Source of the DNA: an uncultured archaeon
GTDB lineage: Archaea; Asgardarchaeota; Lokiarchaeia; Sigyniarchaeales; SOKP01
Reading direction: 5' to 3'
NCBI GenBank assembly: GCA_964435435.1
Contig: CAYSZJ010000002.1
Coordinates: 7,468-71,467, forward strand
DNA length: 64,000 bases
The notes under the pieces were generated by a model, which was not told where the DNA came from, did no database searches, and worked only from the letters and a program-made list of their open reading frames with translations. The stretch's first letter is position 1; each line of letters opens with the position of its first letter. Shown piece by piece: positions 1-10,819 of the stretch. A program made the position numbers and the translations under genes.

Positions 1-2722
1 ATACTCGATCTTTCAACTGATTTTTTATATATGGAATCAATTGCTTATTAGAAATTAAATCTTTATCATTTTTTATCTCGGACATTATAGCTTCAAAATC
101 ATCTCTCTTTGAAACAATCGTTTTCAAAACTCTATATTTCCATTTGGGGGCAGTATAGACAAATATCTTATCTGATTTTTGAATTTTAACGATTTTTCTT
201 ATGTTTAAAATATCTTCAATAACATTTGTAATATAATCAAATTCACGTTCAAGGTCATTATCAATGTATTTTCTGTTAAAATCTCCCCAGATTGAAGTAG
301 ATATGAAACGTGCATGACCTGCAATTTTCCACAACTCCTCACATAAATGTGGCATGGTTAAGGATAACATCTTTAACCAATTATCACAAACAATTTTAAA
401 CATAATAAGAGAATCTTGTATATCGTCAGTATCTCTAAAAAAGTCCTGTATTAAGTTAAAGATTTCATAAAATGAAATTTGTAGGTACCTTCTAATATTA
501 TATTCTTCTAATGCTTTTTCTGCTTCAAGGAATTTTATAATTATTTTGGATAAAATTACTTTTGAATACTTAGACTTAATATTTTCATATTTTGCTTCGA
601 TACCTTTTAACTGATTAATTTTATCAAACATAAATCCATAAAATTTAGAGATATGGTTTCTTACTGATTCTATTTCTTTCTTTCGAAAATCCATGTACAC
701 ACTAAAATCAGCTCCATGTGAAATATAAAATCTGAACAAATCAGCTCCATAAATCCTCTGAATATCTGCTAAAGAAATTACATTCCCCTTTGATTTACCC
801 ATTTTCTGTCCTTCAATAATTACAGGTTCTATTAATGATATTAATTTTGGCCAATTCTTCTTAGGAAAAATGGCTACATGGTGAAAAATATAAAAACTCA
901 GATGGTTAGAAATATGCATTATAGCAGTATGACGATGATCCACTGGATACCAATATAGAAATTCATTTTGTAATTCTTTAAGGATATTTTTATCAATATT
1001 TAGCTTTTTTGAAAGCTTTTTTACTTCACCTTTTTCTAAGTAGATATAATCGAAAAATTCTGGAATTATTTGTTCTGGGTTAATTTGATATTGTTTTAAT
1101 TTATGGATTATTGTATAAAAAGCCATGTATATTGTAGAATCACTTAAAGATTCTATTATCCATTCTCTATTAAAAGGTAATTTGGTCCCTAACCCTCTTT
1201 TACGAGCACAAGGTCTTTTTTCTAACCAATTAAAAATATTTTCAAAATTTAATCTATATTTTTTAGGTATTATTTTCAAATTATTAAGGCATTTAAAAGC
1301 ATTCTTTTTCCAATCTCCCGCATTAAAATTAAGAAACCATTGATCCTTAAGAATAGAAACTATAATATCCGTTCCACATTTACATTTAAGATTTTTAGTG
1401 ACAGGGATATACAATTTATCTGCTTTATTCTCCTCACTTAAATCTATAGAAACTTGTTTAGCAGCATCACTCACTTTCATTCCTTGGTATTTACCACATT
1501 TTTCATTAAGCATACCATTATAAAATTCATCTTTATAGTTCTCACTTGTAGCTAAATCTAATTTTTCAGTGTCAAATTGTGAAACAGCATTATATTTTTC
1601 ACAATAAACTTTAGCAGGAAAATCCTTAAACCCTTTTAAGTCAATAATTTCAATAGGATATATTAATTCAACTTCTCTCTCATCTAAACCGAATTCTTTA
1701 ATTAAATCTTTATTTTTTTGTAAATCTAAAAGAGCAACATAATCATACGGAGCATGAGCAGGAACAGAATATACTACTCCAGTTGCCGTAGATGTATCAA
1801 CAAAATCTCCAGGCAGAATCGGTATTTCTTTGATTCCAAAAACATCGGTGGCTTTCTTTCCAATTATTTCTTTTCCCTTAAAATTCTTCAAAGCTTTAAT
1901 ATCTTTATTCTGATTCTCCAATAAAAAAATTGCTTCCTCAGAAATATACCAAATCTCGTCATTTACAGAAGCTTTTATATATTTTCCATCAGGTTTTATC
2001 CAAATATTTGTAACTCCATATATTGTTTCCGGTCTTAATGTTGAAGTTACAAGAAAACCATCTTCAAAGGGAAATTTAATACATGTGAACTCATTAATAT
2101 TTAAATCTAATTCATCTCCACTTGAAATATCATCTTCGCCAACTGCATTTTTATCGCGAGGACAATATAAAATGGGGTATTCTCCTTTCTCAATATACCC
2201 TTTATCTTTCAAATGAAAATATTGCCATTCAATAAATTTATTATAGACTTTATCGCCCGTAGTAAATTCTCTTCTCCAGTCTAAACTCATCCCAATCGAT
2301 TTAAAATCAATTTTAATTGTTTTAGAAAAATACTTTACTATATTCCAAGGATCTACAAAACTTCCTATTATTTTTTGTATTCTTTTTTTATCGTTAGTGT
2401 GTAATGAAACATATTCTTTCATTCTAGCAATTGTTTCTGGTTCTTTTCTTTCTATAGAAGATGAGATTGCTAAAACAGGTGTTCCTGTAATATGAAACGC
2501 CATAGGATACAGTACATTATATCCTTTTGCTCTATAATAACGAGCGAAAACATCACCATTTATAAAACTCCTTCCGTGGCCTATATGTAAGGGACCAGAA
2601 GCATATGGATATGGAGATGTTATAAAAATTTTCTTCTTATTTGGATCTGGATTTACTTCAAATGTTTTAGCCTGTTCCCATTTATCTTGCCATTTCTTTT
2701 CTATTTCTTGAGGATTATACAT
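1..2722 (-). CDS. leuS: leucyl-tRNA synthetase, archaeal/eukaryal type; the 3' end runs off the left window edge
   Basis: Absent from the ORF track because no stop codon lies inside the window. My own minus-strand translation from ATG 2722 gives MYNPQEIEKKWQDKWEQAKTF..SPYPYASGPLHIGHGRSF (HIGH), TLRPETIYGVTNIWIKPDG (CP1 signature) and QKMGKSKGN (KMSKS). An in-frame ATG also lies 24 codons upstream at 2794. Confidence 0.85.
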   Translation of the reverse strand, partial: MYNPQEIEKKWQDKWEQAKTFEVNPDPNKKKIFITSPYPYASGPLHIGHGRSFINGDVFARYYRAKGYNVLYPMAFHITGTPVLAISSSIERKEPETIARMKEYVSLHTNDKKRIQKIIGSFVDPWNIVKYFSKTIKIDFKSIGMSLDWRREFTTGDKVYNKFIEWQYFHLKDKGYIEKGEYPILYCPRDKNAVGEDDISSGDELDLNINEFTCIKFPFEDGFLVTSTLRPETIYGVTNIWIKPDGKYIKASVNDEIWYISEEAIFLLENQNKDIKALKNFKGKEIIGKKATDVFGIKEIPILPGDFVDTSTATGVVYSVPAHAPYDYVALLDLQKNKDLIKEFGLDEREVELIYPIEIIDLKGFKDFPAKVYCEKYNAVSQFDTEKLDLATSENYKDEFYNGMLNEKCGKYQGMKVSDAAKQVSIDLSEENKADKLYIPVTKNLKCKCGTDIIVSILKDQWFLNFNAGDWKKNAFKCLNNLKIIPKKYRLNFENIFNWLEKRPCARKRGLGTKLPFNREWIIESLSDSTIYMAFYTIIHKLKQYQINPEQIIPEFFDYIYLEKGEVKKLSKKLNIDKNILKELQNEFLYWYPVDHRHTAIMHISNHLSFYIFHHVAIFPKKNWPKLISLIEPVIIEGQKMGKSKGNVISLADIQRIYGADLFRFYISHGADFSVYMDFRKKEIESVRNHISKFYGFMFDKINQLKGIEAKYENIKSKYSKVILSKIIIKFLEAEKALEEYNIRRYLQISFYEIFNLIQDFFRDTDDIQDSLIMFKIVCDNWLKMLSLTMPHLCEELWKIAGHARFISTSIWGDFNRKYIDNDLEREFDYITNVIEDILNIRKIVKIQKSDKIFVYTAPKWKYRVLKTIVSKRDDFEAIMSEIKNDKDLISNKQLIPYIKNQLKDRV

Positions 2723-3122
2723 TTTCTTTACCTCAAAATTTGCTTTTTTTCCTCTTTCAATGTATTTTCTTATATGAGTGAATAAACCGCTCATATTCTT
2801 TTTCAATTAAAACGACACACCAAGCGAACAAATCCGTGGAATGATTAAAAGAAAAAGAATATAAGGATTTGTTTTACTCATAATAATAAAACTGCGAGTA
2901 AGTCAACTAAGGATAATTTGTTCCTTAAGAATTCTCTTAAAACAGTTTTATTCGTAATCATTACTATATAATTTAAGTGTTTTTTAATATTAAAATATGT
3001 TAGGTTTTTCATTTCTATGGCTAGAGTCCTTTTTTTAATTCATAGTGCAAATTGTTAAATACAATTTCTTTTTTTTACAATTCACACCTTGATTAAATTA
3101 TAACTCTTATTATTTTTTAAGT

Positions 3123-3590
3123 AGGGATAAGGATATCTTGAAAGGTATTACCGAAAAAATTGAAGTGGAGTTAAAAAATAATACAAAACTATGACAAACA
3201 ACTCTTGATGCTATAAGGGTGTCTATTTTTCTCATCGATTTAGATCATAAAATTCTCCAATGCAATAGAGCAACTCTTGATATTTTGGGGAAATCTAGTT
3301 ATAGCAAAATCATTGGTCACTCTTGTTGGGAATTGGTACATGGTACTTCAGGACCGGTTGAATGGTGTCCTGTGAAACGTATGCTGCAATCTGGTCACAG
3401 AGAAGCTACCATTAGATAGCTTAATGGAAGATGGGTTGAAATTTCCGCGAGTCCTGTCCTTAATGATGAAAGTGAGATCACTGGAGCAGTTCATGTCATT
3501 ACGGATATTACAACATGAAAACAAGCAGAAGATGCACTACGAGAATCAGAACAACAATATCGTACAATTCTTAATTCTTTAAGCAATCCT
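3123..3590 (+). pseudogene. upstream in-frame continuation of the histidine kinase: a PAS-PAS linker plus one complete PAS domain, interrupted by three stop codons
   Basis: Same frame as the 3591 ORF. It reads DILKGITEKIEVELKNNTKL*QTTLDAIRVSIFLIDLDHKILQCNRATLDILG..CWELVHGTSGPVEWCP..REATIR*LNGRWVEISASPVLNDESEITGAVHVITDITT*KQAEDALRESEQQYRTILNSLSNP-M3591. Stops are TGA 3192-3194, TAG 3417-3419 and TGA 3516-3518. Confidence 0.6.
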
Positions 3591-5033
3591 ATGCACGTTA
3601 TAGATAAAGACTTAAGAATTGTATTTAAAAATCCAACTATAACTGAATGGCTTAATAAATTGAATATCAATTCAGACATAGTTGGTAAAACAGTTTTCGA
3701 GGCATTTCCTTTCTTAGTTTATGATAAAGTCTATAATGAATATGATAAAATCTTCAAAAACGGTGAGCTTCTAATCATCATAAAGGCTACAAAACAGTTT
3801 GATCGAAATGTATTTACTAAAACACTAAAAATTCCGATTAAAAGTGAGGGTGAAGTTAACCATATTATAACTACTTTAAGAGATATTACTGATCAGAAGG
3901 AAGCTGAAAAAAAATTAAAAGAATCTGAAGAAATGATTAGAACCATCACTGAACAAGCATTCATGGGGATTGTAATCATTCAAGATGATAAAATTGAATA
4001 TGTGAACAATGCTTTGCTCCATATGTTTGAATTTTCTAATCAAGAAATCGATAATTGGTTAAAAGATGATTTGCTAAGGATAATCCATCCTGAAGATTTA
4101 CAATTTCTAAGAGAATATCGAAAAAAATTACGAGTAGGTGATCCAAATATAAAACCATATTATTCCTATAGAGTATTCACAAAATCAGGCAAATTAAAAT
4201 TGATTGATCAATTCTCAAAGCCTATTATTTATAAAGGAAAACTGGCAGAATTAGTTACAATTATAGATATTACAGAAAAAAAGGAGGCTGAACAAGAGTT
4301 AATAAAATTAAATAGTCTAAAATCGGAGTTTCTCAGGAGAACTTCACATGAACTAAAAACATCGCTTGTTTCAATTAAAGGTTATTCTGACCTTTTATTA
4401 AATGTGCATAAAGAAAAACTTGATGATTATGTTCTTGCATCAATTGTTGAAATAAAACAAGGATGTGAACGGCTTGAAAGTTTTATACAGGATATATTAA
4501 ATACAGCTGAACTAGAATCAGGTGCTGTCCAATTGAAAAAAAAAGAAGAAGATTTATCTTTCTTAATAAAATTGAGTATAAGAGAGTTGCGGGGATTAAT
4601 AAATTTGAGGAACCAGAAGATTAATTTAAAAATACACGATAAATTAATTACAGCTTTTGAACCAGAACAAATTCATCGAGTTATAAGTAATTTAATAAGT
4701 AATGCTATAAAATACACACCTCCAGATGGAATTATTGAAATTAGGTCAGAAATTAAAGATAATATCATAATAATCTCTGTAAAAGATACAGGAATTGGGA
4801 TAACAAGAGAAGAAAAAGAAAGATTGTTTACTCAATTCGGGAAAATTGAACGGTATGGTCAAGGACTTGATATTATATCCGATGGATCTGGCCTTGGGTT
4901 ATATATCTCAAAAAAAGTAATAGAATTGCATGGTGGAAAGATATGGGTTGAATCTGAAGGAAGATTAAAAGGTTCAACATTTTATTTCAGTCTTCCATTA
5001 ATTATAGAAAATTCTGGTGGAACAATCCGTTAA
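3591..5033 (+). CDS. PAS-domain sensor histidine kinase (PAS, PAS, HisKA, HATPase_c)
   Basis: 480-aa ORF. H-box SEFLRRTSHELKTSL, N-box ISNLISNAIKYTP, G-boxes DTGIGI and GSGLGLYISKKVIELHGG. Two DIT(D/E)(Q/K)KEAE PAS-linker signatures. The first Met falls inside a PAS domain. Confidence 0.85.
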   Translation: MHVIDKDLRIVFKNPTITEWLNKLNINSDIVGKTVFEAFPFLVYDKVYNEYDKIFKNGELLIIIKATKQFDRNVFTKTLKIPIKSEGEVNHIITTLRDITDQKEAEKKLKESEEMIRTITEQAFMGIVIIQDDKIEYVNNALLHMFEFSNQEIDNWLKDDLLRIIHPEDLQFLREYRKKLRVGDPNIKPYYSYRVFTKSGKLKLIDQFSKPIIYKGKLAELVTIIDITEKKEAEQELIKLNSLKSEFLRRTSHELKTSLVSIKGYSDLLLNVHKEKLDDYVLASIVEIKQGCERLESFIQDILNTAELESGAVQLKKKEEDLSFLIKLSIRELRGLINLRNQKINLKIHDKLITAFEPEQIHRVISNLISNAIKYTPPDGIIEIRSEIKDNIIIISVKDTGIGITREEKERLFTQFGKIERYGQGLDIISDGSGLGLYISKKVIELHGGKIWVESEGRLKGSTFYFSLPLIIENSGGTIR

Positions 5034-5188
5034 ACTTAGGTTATATGTCCTATGGTATTTTTGACAATTTTGAGTAATTGTTAAATTACTTGTTATTTTA
5101 ATATAATTTATTGGTATTTATGGAATTCACTTACAACCATAAAAACCAATTAAATTTTAAAGAAGTTTAATAGAGGTGAAATGATAGT

Positions 5189-5503
5189 ATGTTATTTATT
5201 ACATATTGGGAATTAAATGAAGATTTTGATCCATCAGATTTAGCTGAAGTAGCTCAAAAAGTTTTAAGCAAAAAATTATATCCCACTGAAGGAGTTAATC
5301 AAATTGGATGGTATGCATCTACGGGAGATTTCTGGGGAATTACAATATCAGAAGCGGAAAATGAAGAACAATTGGTTAAAGACACTAATGTGTGGAGAAT
5401 GGCGAAACCAGGCTTATTTAAGTTTATTAAAACATCTCCTGCAATGGAACTCGCTAAAGCAATTCCTATTCTGATAAAGCTTAAAAAACAACTCGAAGGA
5501 TAA
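5189..5503 (+). CDS. small conserved hypothetical protein (DUF3303-like)
   Basis: 104-aa ORF preceded by GAGGTGA 10 nt upstream. The family call is from memory of the MLF..W.. pattern only. Confidence 0.55.
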   Translation: MLFITYWELNEDFDPSDLAEVAQKVLSKKLYPTEGVNQIGWYASTGDFWGITISEAENEEQLVKDTNVWRMAKPGLFKFIKTSPAMELAKAIPILIKLKKQLEG

Positions 5504-5691
5504 GAAAAAAAGTTAATATTAAAATCTAAAAATTTTTTTTTTTTTAAATTTAAAACCCTTAACTATTATTTAAACTGATAATTAATTATTTTTCAAGACA
5601 TCCTAATTTTTTTAACAAAATCTCTTAATATTGTTAATCCTTCTAAATATCATATAAAATTTAATCATGAGTATATTATGGTGAGATTTAT

Positions 5692-7146
5692 ATGGTCGAG
5701 TTTAATCCACAAATTGTGAGTAAAGAAGAATTACGTGCTATTTCTGCTGGTGTTAATGAAGAAGAATTACTCTTATTTGATAAACATTGTTTGAATGTCT
5801 ATTATGAACCAAAAGTATTGATTGAAGCAAAAGAACCTGGTTCTCCTTGGGTTGTTGTAAAAGATTTTAAAACAGGGGAACAATCAGAAATAATTGATTG
5901 TACTTCTCAGAATTGGACATTAGCATTGGGATTTGCTAACCCTGATGTAAATTATGCTGTCGCAGAACAAATGAAAAGATTGACTCATATAAAATCTGAT
6001 GTAGTATCTCCCGCACGTGCTAAATTTATAAATAAATTATCCGAATTATCCCCCGCTAGATTAAAAGGTGGAAGAGTTCATTTAAATAATGAAGGTGGTA
6101 GTCTAGCAATTGAAGCTGCAATAAAACTTGCATTAACAGCATCAAGAGGAGGAGAACAATTCTTAACCTTTCGAGGAGGATACCATGGAAACACATTAGC
6201 TATGTTAACAGCATCTCAACCTTTCCATTCTATAACGAGGTTTAGATCATTTGGTATAGGTTCTTTTACAAGAATCCCACAACCATACTGCTATCGATGT
6301 TTATGGAAATATAAAAATGGTTTAAATGGGAAAAAGGATCCTCACTGCAATTTGGAGTGTTTTGATTTAGCAAAAGAATACTTAATGGGTTTAACTACTA
6401 GAAAACTTGCAGGAGTTCTTTTGGAGCCTTGGCAAGCTGCAGGAGGGCATATTCCGTTTCCACCAGAATTTCTAATAAAACTGAGACAAATATGCGAGGA
6501 AGAAAACATTTTTATAATATATGATGAATCACAGACTGCTGTTTGGAGGACTGGTAAATATTTTACATTGACAGAAAAATATGAGAAAGAGTTAGGAATA
6601 GATGTTTCTCCGGATATGATGTGCTTTACTAAAGCTATTGGAGGAGGTTTCCCTTTAGGAGCAATGATAGCATCTACAAAGATTAAGAAAAGATTTACCC
6701 CATCAGAAGACCACACAACATTTTGTAATACACCAATCGGTTGTACAGCAGGGCTAGCTTCTATCATGGTCATAGAAAAGGCTAATATTGGAGAAAATTG
6801 TGAAGAAAGAGGAGAACAAATCACTAAAAGAATAAAAGAGATCCAAAGCGATTATGAAGTTATTGGTGATATTCGTGGTCCGGGTTTGTTTATAGGAATT
6901 GAGTTAGTAAAAGATCAGAAATCAAGAGAACCCTTTACTGAATTGATGGAAGAAATGCTTCATGAGGGTGTAAGGCAAAATATTTATTTTGGACCTAGTA
7001 TGCCGTATTTAAGCGGAACAGGAAAGCTGAAAATGCGAAATTTAATCAAAATAAAACCTCCACTTAATATTAGTGAAGATGATGCTGACTTTATCTGTGA
7101 TAAATTCGAAAGTGTGCTGAAAGTCTCGATTAACAATTTGAAATAA
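5692..7146 (+). CDS. class III (PLP-dependent) aminotransferase
   Basis: 484-aa ORF. Motifs NNEGGSLAIEAAIKLA, YHGNT, IIYDESQT and the Schiff-base region FTKAIGGGFPLGA. GGTGA Shine-Dalgarno motif upstream. Confidence 0.85.
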   Translation: MVEFNPQIVSKEELRAISAGVNEEELLLFDKHCLNVYYEPKVLIEAKEPGSPWVVVKDFKTGEQSEIIDCTSQNWTLALGFANPDVNYAVAEQMKRLTHIKSDVVSPARAKFINKLSELSPARLKGGRVHLNNEGGSLAIEAAIKLALTASRGGEQFLTFRGGYHGNTLAMLTASQPFHSITRFRSFGIGSFTRIPQPYCYRCLWKYKNGLNGKKDPHCNLECFDLAKEYLMGLTTRKLAGVLLEPWQAAGGHIPFPPEFLIKLRQICEEENIFIIYDESQTAVWRTGKYFTLTEKYEKELGIDVSPDMMCFTKAIGGGFPLGAMIASTKIKKRFTPSEDHTTFCNTPIGCTAGLASIMVIEKANIGENCEERGEQITKRIKEIQSDYEVIGDIRGPGLFIGIELVKDQKSREPFTELMEEMLHEGVRQNIYFGPSMPYLSGTGKLKMRNLIKIKPPLNISEDDADFICDKFESVLKVSINNLK

Positions 7147-7160
7147 ATATTAAAAGAACA

Positions 7161-8405
7161 ATGAATTCAAGAGAACGTGTAATAACGAGTATTAACCATA
7201 AAAAACCTGACAGAGTTCCAATTGACCTTGGTTCATTCCCAGTTACAGGTATTTCTGCTATAGCATATTCTAATTTGAAAAAATATTTAGGAATTAATTC
7301 TGGACATACAAGAGTCTATGATCTTATGCAGCAATTAGCACAACCAGAGAAGAATATAATAGATTTATTCAAAATCGATGTTTTAGACGTAGGAAGAACC
7401 TTTAATACTGAGGACGATGATTGGTATGATATCCATATAAATGGATATGATATGCAATATCCGTTATGGTTTCAACCAAGACATAATCCAGATGATTCTT
7501 TTGATGTTCTCCATCGTGATGGTATAATAATCGCAAGAATGACAAAGGATGCATTAGTTTTTGATCAAACTTTTTATCCTTGTATGGAAAGATATCCTGA
7601 AACTTACGTAGAATTTCAAAAAATACTTAGTAAAAATCCATGGGCAGCGCAGGTCACACCCCCATTTAGTAATATCGGTCAAAAAAAATTTTGGAAAATT
7701 TTGAGGCAGAATGCCCTAACTTTACGACAAAAATCAAAAAAGGCAATAGCACTTAATTTAGGAAGTACATCTTTTGAATTTGCTAGCTCTTTTAGAAGGT
7801 TGGATAAATTTTTAGTTGATTTAGTACGTAAAACTTCTAAAGTTGAAAAATTCCTTGATTTTTTAATGGAATTTTTTCTTAATTCATTCAAGTTAATTTG
7901 TGGTTATGTGGGAGATGTAATCGATATTGTAAAAATAGGGGATGATTTGGGAGAAAATAAAGGGCCTTTTATTAGTCCTAAAATCTTTCGAGAGATTTTT
8001 AAGCCAAGAATTACCGAGATATGTGATTTTATTAAGAAACACAGCACCATGAAAATTTTTTATCATAGTTGCGGCTCAATTGTACCATTATTACCAGATT
8101 TAATTGAGACAGGAATTGATATACTTAATCTAGTTCAAATAAACGCTCGGGACATGGATCCTAAATTTTTAAAAGAAAACTTTGGTGATGACATTACATT
8201 TTGGGGGGGCGGGGCCGATACGCGAAATGTTATCAATAGGAAATCTCCAGAAGAAGTCAAAAAACATGTTCTTGATTTACTCGAGATATTTTCTCCTGGC
8301 GGGGGCTATGTTTGGAATACTGTTCATAACATTTTACCTGATGTACCACCTCAAAATATAGTAGCCATGTTTGAAGCAATAAATGAATTTAATGATAATA
8401 TATGA
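7161..8405 (+). CDS. uroporphyrinogen decarboxylase (URO-D) family protein, MtaA/CmuA-like
   Basis: 414-aa ORF. The N-terminus RERVITSINHKKPDRVPIDLG and the C-terminus FWGGGADT..GGGYVWNTVHNI are typical of the URO-D-like methyltransferase family. Confidence 0.7.
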   Translation: MNSRERVITSINHKKPDRVPIDLGSFPVTGISAIAYSNLKKYLGINSGHTRVYDLMQQLAQPEKNIIDLFKIDVLDVGRTFNTEDDDWYDIHINGYDMQYPLWFQPRHNPDDSFDVLHRDGIIIARMTKDALVFDQTFYPCMERYPETYVEFQKILSKNPWAAQVTPPFSNIGQKKFWKILRQNALTLRQKSKKAIALNLGSTSFEFASSFRRLDKFLVDLVRKTSKVEKFLDFLMEFFLNSFKLICGYVGDVIDIVKIGDDLGENKGPFISPKIFREIFKPRITEICDFIKKHSTMKIFYHSCGSIVPLLPDLIETGIDILNLVQINARDMDPKFLKENFGDDITFWGGGADTRNVINRKSPEEVKKHVLDLLEIFSPGGGYVWNTVHNILPDVPPQNIVAMFEAINEFNDNI

Positions 8406-8414
8406 ATAAAAAAT

Positions 8415-9374
8415 TTACAGTCTATTATTCGATTTAATATCCAAGTACTGAATAGATTTTTTGCCAAATGAAAATTCTTTTTTTTCATATGGAATAATTT
8501 TAATTAATGGCAAAAAATTGGCTAAATAAAGAGAAATCCCTCTAATTTCCTTATTATTAAGAAAAAGTTTCATTGAATCAAATTTGAAAAAGCCAAATTG
8601 TCCAACTAGCTCATGCAAAGTCCCAATGTTATGAGTTCCTAGATATACTGAAGGATAAGTCTCAGATTTATATTCTTGTTGGAAAAGTATGGTTCCAATT
8701 TTATAGTGAGGAATTCCACCGTCTAATATGCAATTTAAATGATTTACTCTTACCTTAACTCCGCATATTGGAAAAATTTTATGATAGAAATGTTCTGGAA
8801 AATATGCAAGAATCATTTCTGGAAAAATAGAATGAATTTCGATTGGAATTTGGACTATTTCCAGTTTATCAATGGTTTCTGCTATGTTATCCCTATTTTC
8901 AATCGCTAAGGAGAAATTTCTACCACCTCTGGCGCGGATTGCATCGTTAAATGGTCTAAGTTCCAAGTGTAAGTGTGGACTGGACCAATAAGCAAAATAA
9001 CCATTGCGAATTGTTTTTCCAATTGGATCTCCTATTTCAAGTTTATCACCAACATTAATATGAGGTTTGACATGCATCATCTTCCATACAATATCAGAAT
9101 TTGAAAGATTACTAATTAAAATTAGATAATCAACATCAACTCCTTTCAAAAATTTCGGTTTTGGTGCTTTTAACTTTTTTATTTTTAATATTTTTCCAGC
9201 AACAGGACTTACTACGTCATAATTATCCAAAGTCAAATTATGATAAACATCAATAGCAAGACCATGTTGATGTGCATAATAAGGAGATGTTCCTATACTA
9301 AAATGGCTAGTTTTAGGTATTGATACTTGAATATCATCCATTTTTACAATATTATAAAATTCAGATTTAGGCAT
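8415..9374 (-). CDS. M23/LytM-like metallopeptidase-domain protein
   Basis: 319-aa ORF with HxxxD (HGLAID), SPVAGKI and HLHLE (HxH) motifs in canonical order. No obvious signal peptide. Confidence 0.55.
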   Translation of the reverse strand: MPKSEFYNIVKMDDIQVSIPKTSHFSIGTSPYYAHQHGLAIDVYHNLTLDNYDVVSPVAGKILKIKKLKAPKPKFLKGVDVDYLILISNLSNSDIVWKMMHVKPHINVGDKLEIGDPIGKTIRNGYFAYWSSPHLHLELRPFNDAIRARGGRNFSLAIENRDNIAETIDKLEIVQIPIEIHSIFPEMILAYFPEHFYHKIFPICGVKVRVNHLNCILDGGIPHYKIGTILFQQEYKSETYPSVYLGTHNIGTLHELVGQFGFFKFDSMKLFLNNKEIRGISLYLANFLPLIKIIPYEKKEFSFGKKSIQYLDIKSNNRL

Positions 9375-9847
9375 GAAGAATTCAAGAAATTATTGAGGAT
9401 CTGTTATATAAAGTTAATTAGTTATACTAAAAATACCTTAATTTCTCATTATGAATTTATTTCTATCTTTTACCATTTATTAAAATTATGATCAATTTTT
9501 CCTATTCCTTCTATGTTAATTTCTTCCCATCTATAATAAACCTTTAACATAAACCAGTAATTTTTGATAATCAATGTTTAGAATCGGCCAAGTTTTTATC
9601 CTCCTTAATTTAATAATTTAAATTAATTCTAAAAATATCTTAATGACTATAATAGCCCAGTATTTATTAGTAATAAATGAATAGGGAATACTTTCTGGAG
9701 GCTCCTAGTTGATATTATCAATACTATTTATCAATTAAAACAAATTTTTTTAAAAAAAATCCCAAAAAAGTCAAAATTTATTATCCATAGTTTCTTTCTA
9801 TAATTAGATATTTCAGAAATGTAATATCTTTTTCAAAAATTAAAAAA

Positions 9848-10117
9848 TTGGTTTTAAAATTGGTAAAAGGAACAGTAAAATGGTTTAATAGCCGGAAAGG
9901 CTTTGGATTTATAAACTCTGAAGAGGGAAACGACGTATTTGTGCATTATTCAGCATTAAGTGGAAAAGATGACGAATATAAAACTTTAAACGAAAATGAT
10001 AAAGTTGAGTTTGATATTGTTGAGGGTCAAAAAGGACCACAAGCGAGTAATGTTGTCGTTACAGAAAAAGCCCCTCCTAGTCCATACAATAAAGGCAGAA
10101 GAAATTATCGCTTTTAA
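9848..10117 (+). CDS. csp: cold-shock domain protein (CspA family) with a short basic C-terminal tail
   Basis: [15 protein letters not shown] (RNP1) and DVFVHYS (RNP2). The true start may be the TTG at 9860, giving M-V-K-G-T-V-K-W-F. Confidence 0.9.
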   Translation: MVLKLVKGTVKWFNSRKGFGFINSEEGNDVFVHYSALSGKDDEYKTLNENDKVEFDIVEGQKGPQASNVVVTEKAPPSPYNKGRRNYRF

Positions 10118-10159
10118 TGTTATGAATTTTTATAAATCTGCAAAAAGGAAAAATATAAT

Positions 10160-10227
10160 ATAAGAAGTAAATAATATTTTGTAAAAATCTCTTTTTACGA
10201 TTGTTATCGAACCTTATCTTTTTTTTT
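10160..10227 (+). terminator. conserved csp 3' element: GTAAAAA/TTTTTAC hairpin followed by an oligo-T tract
   Basis: Nearly identical block downstream of both csp copies (second copy 11633-11700): ATAAGAAGTAAATAATAT..GTAAAAA..TTTTTAC..TTGTTATCGAACCTTATCTTTTT. Confidence 0.5.
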
Positions 10228-10414
10228 AATTTTTTTTATAAAATTATTTATTCTTAATCAATCTATTGTCTGAATCTTTCAGCCTTATTGCATGAAATTA
10301 TATTATTGAGGAATATTAATATAATTTTTAAAAGAAATATTTTATATTTATAGTATTTACTCATTCTGTTATATAATTAAAAAAAATTAAATTTAGATGG
10401 TCAAAAGAAAAAGA

Positions 10415-10819
10415 TTAGATTAACATCTTATTTAAATCTAAATTTTCAGGGATTTTATTATTGCGATTTAACCAAGAAACTTCATGTTTTAAATATCTCC
10501 ATGAAATCTCACACTTTTCTTTTTGATCCTTAACAACTGTTTCAAACTCCCAAGGGTTGATTATGACTAAATCTCCTTTTCTTATCCAGACTCTCTTTTT
10601 TATTTTTCCTCGGATTCTTCCAATACGATGTTTTCCATCTTCGCAAAATACTCCCATTCTTTCCTGACCATGTATCTCAATAACTCGAGCAAACATCTCT
10701 CCATTTTTTCTAAATGGCATTTTAACACGAGTCACTTCTGGAGTCGAAGAAGGTGTATAGCTCCTCCTACCTCGTTTACTTTGTCTCTTTTTCATTTTTG
10801 GCATAAAAGATTTACACAT
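10415..10819 (-). CDS. eif1a: translation initiation factor aIF-1A
   Basis: S1/OB core EMFARVIEIHGQERMGVFCEDGKHRIGRIRGKIKKRVWIRKGDLVIINPWEF. The true start is probably an internal Met of the basic N-terminus. Confidence 0.85.
   Translation of the reverse strand: MCKSFMPKMKKRQSKRGRRSYTPSSTPEVTRVKMPFRKNGEMFARVIEIHGQERMGVFCEDGKHRIGRIRGKIKKRVWIRKGDLVIINPWEFETVVKDQKEKCEISWRYLKHEVSWLNRNNKIPENLDLNKMLI

Noticed and set aside
1125-1343. 72-aa plus-strand ORF, the only track entry in the first 3 kb.
   Set aside because: It is antisense to the continuous LeuRS reading frame, which the track omits only because its stop is outside the window.
3192-3518. TGA/TAG/TGA in the PAS region as selenocysteine or pyrrolysine recoding.
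   Set aside because: The positions are linker or surface residues rather than Cys or catalytic sites. Two different stop types are mixed, and no SECIS-like element follows this gene. Decay by C-to-T transitions is simpler. The region is kept as a finding only because the domain is otherwise so intact.
6342-6824. 160-aa minus-strand ORF inside the aminotransferase gene. Similar antisense ORFs occur at 20131-20487, 28318-29055, 50516-50830, 59541-59963, 61953-62159 and others.
   Set aside because: They lie fully antisense to or overlapping well-supported genes. They have low-complexity Ser/Ile/Phe-rich composition and no motifs. These are shadow ORFs typical of AT-rich DNA.
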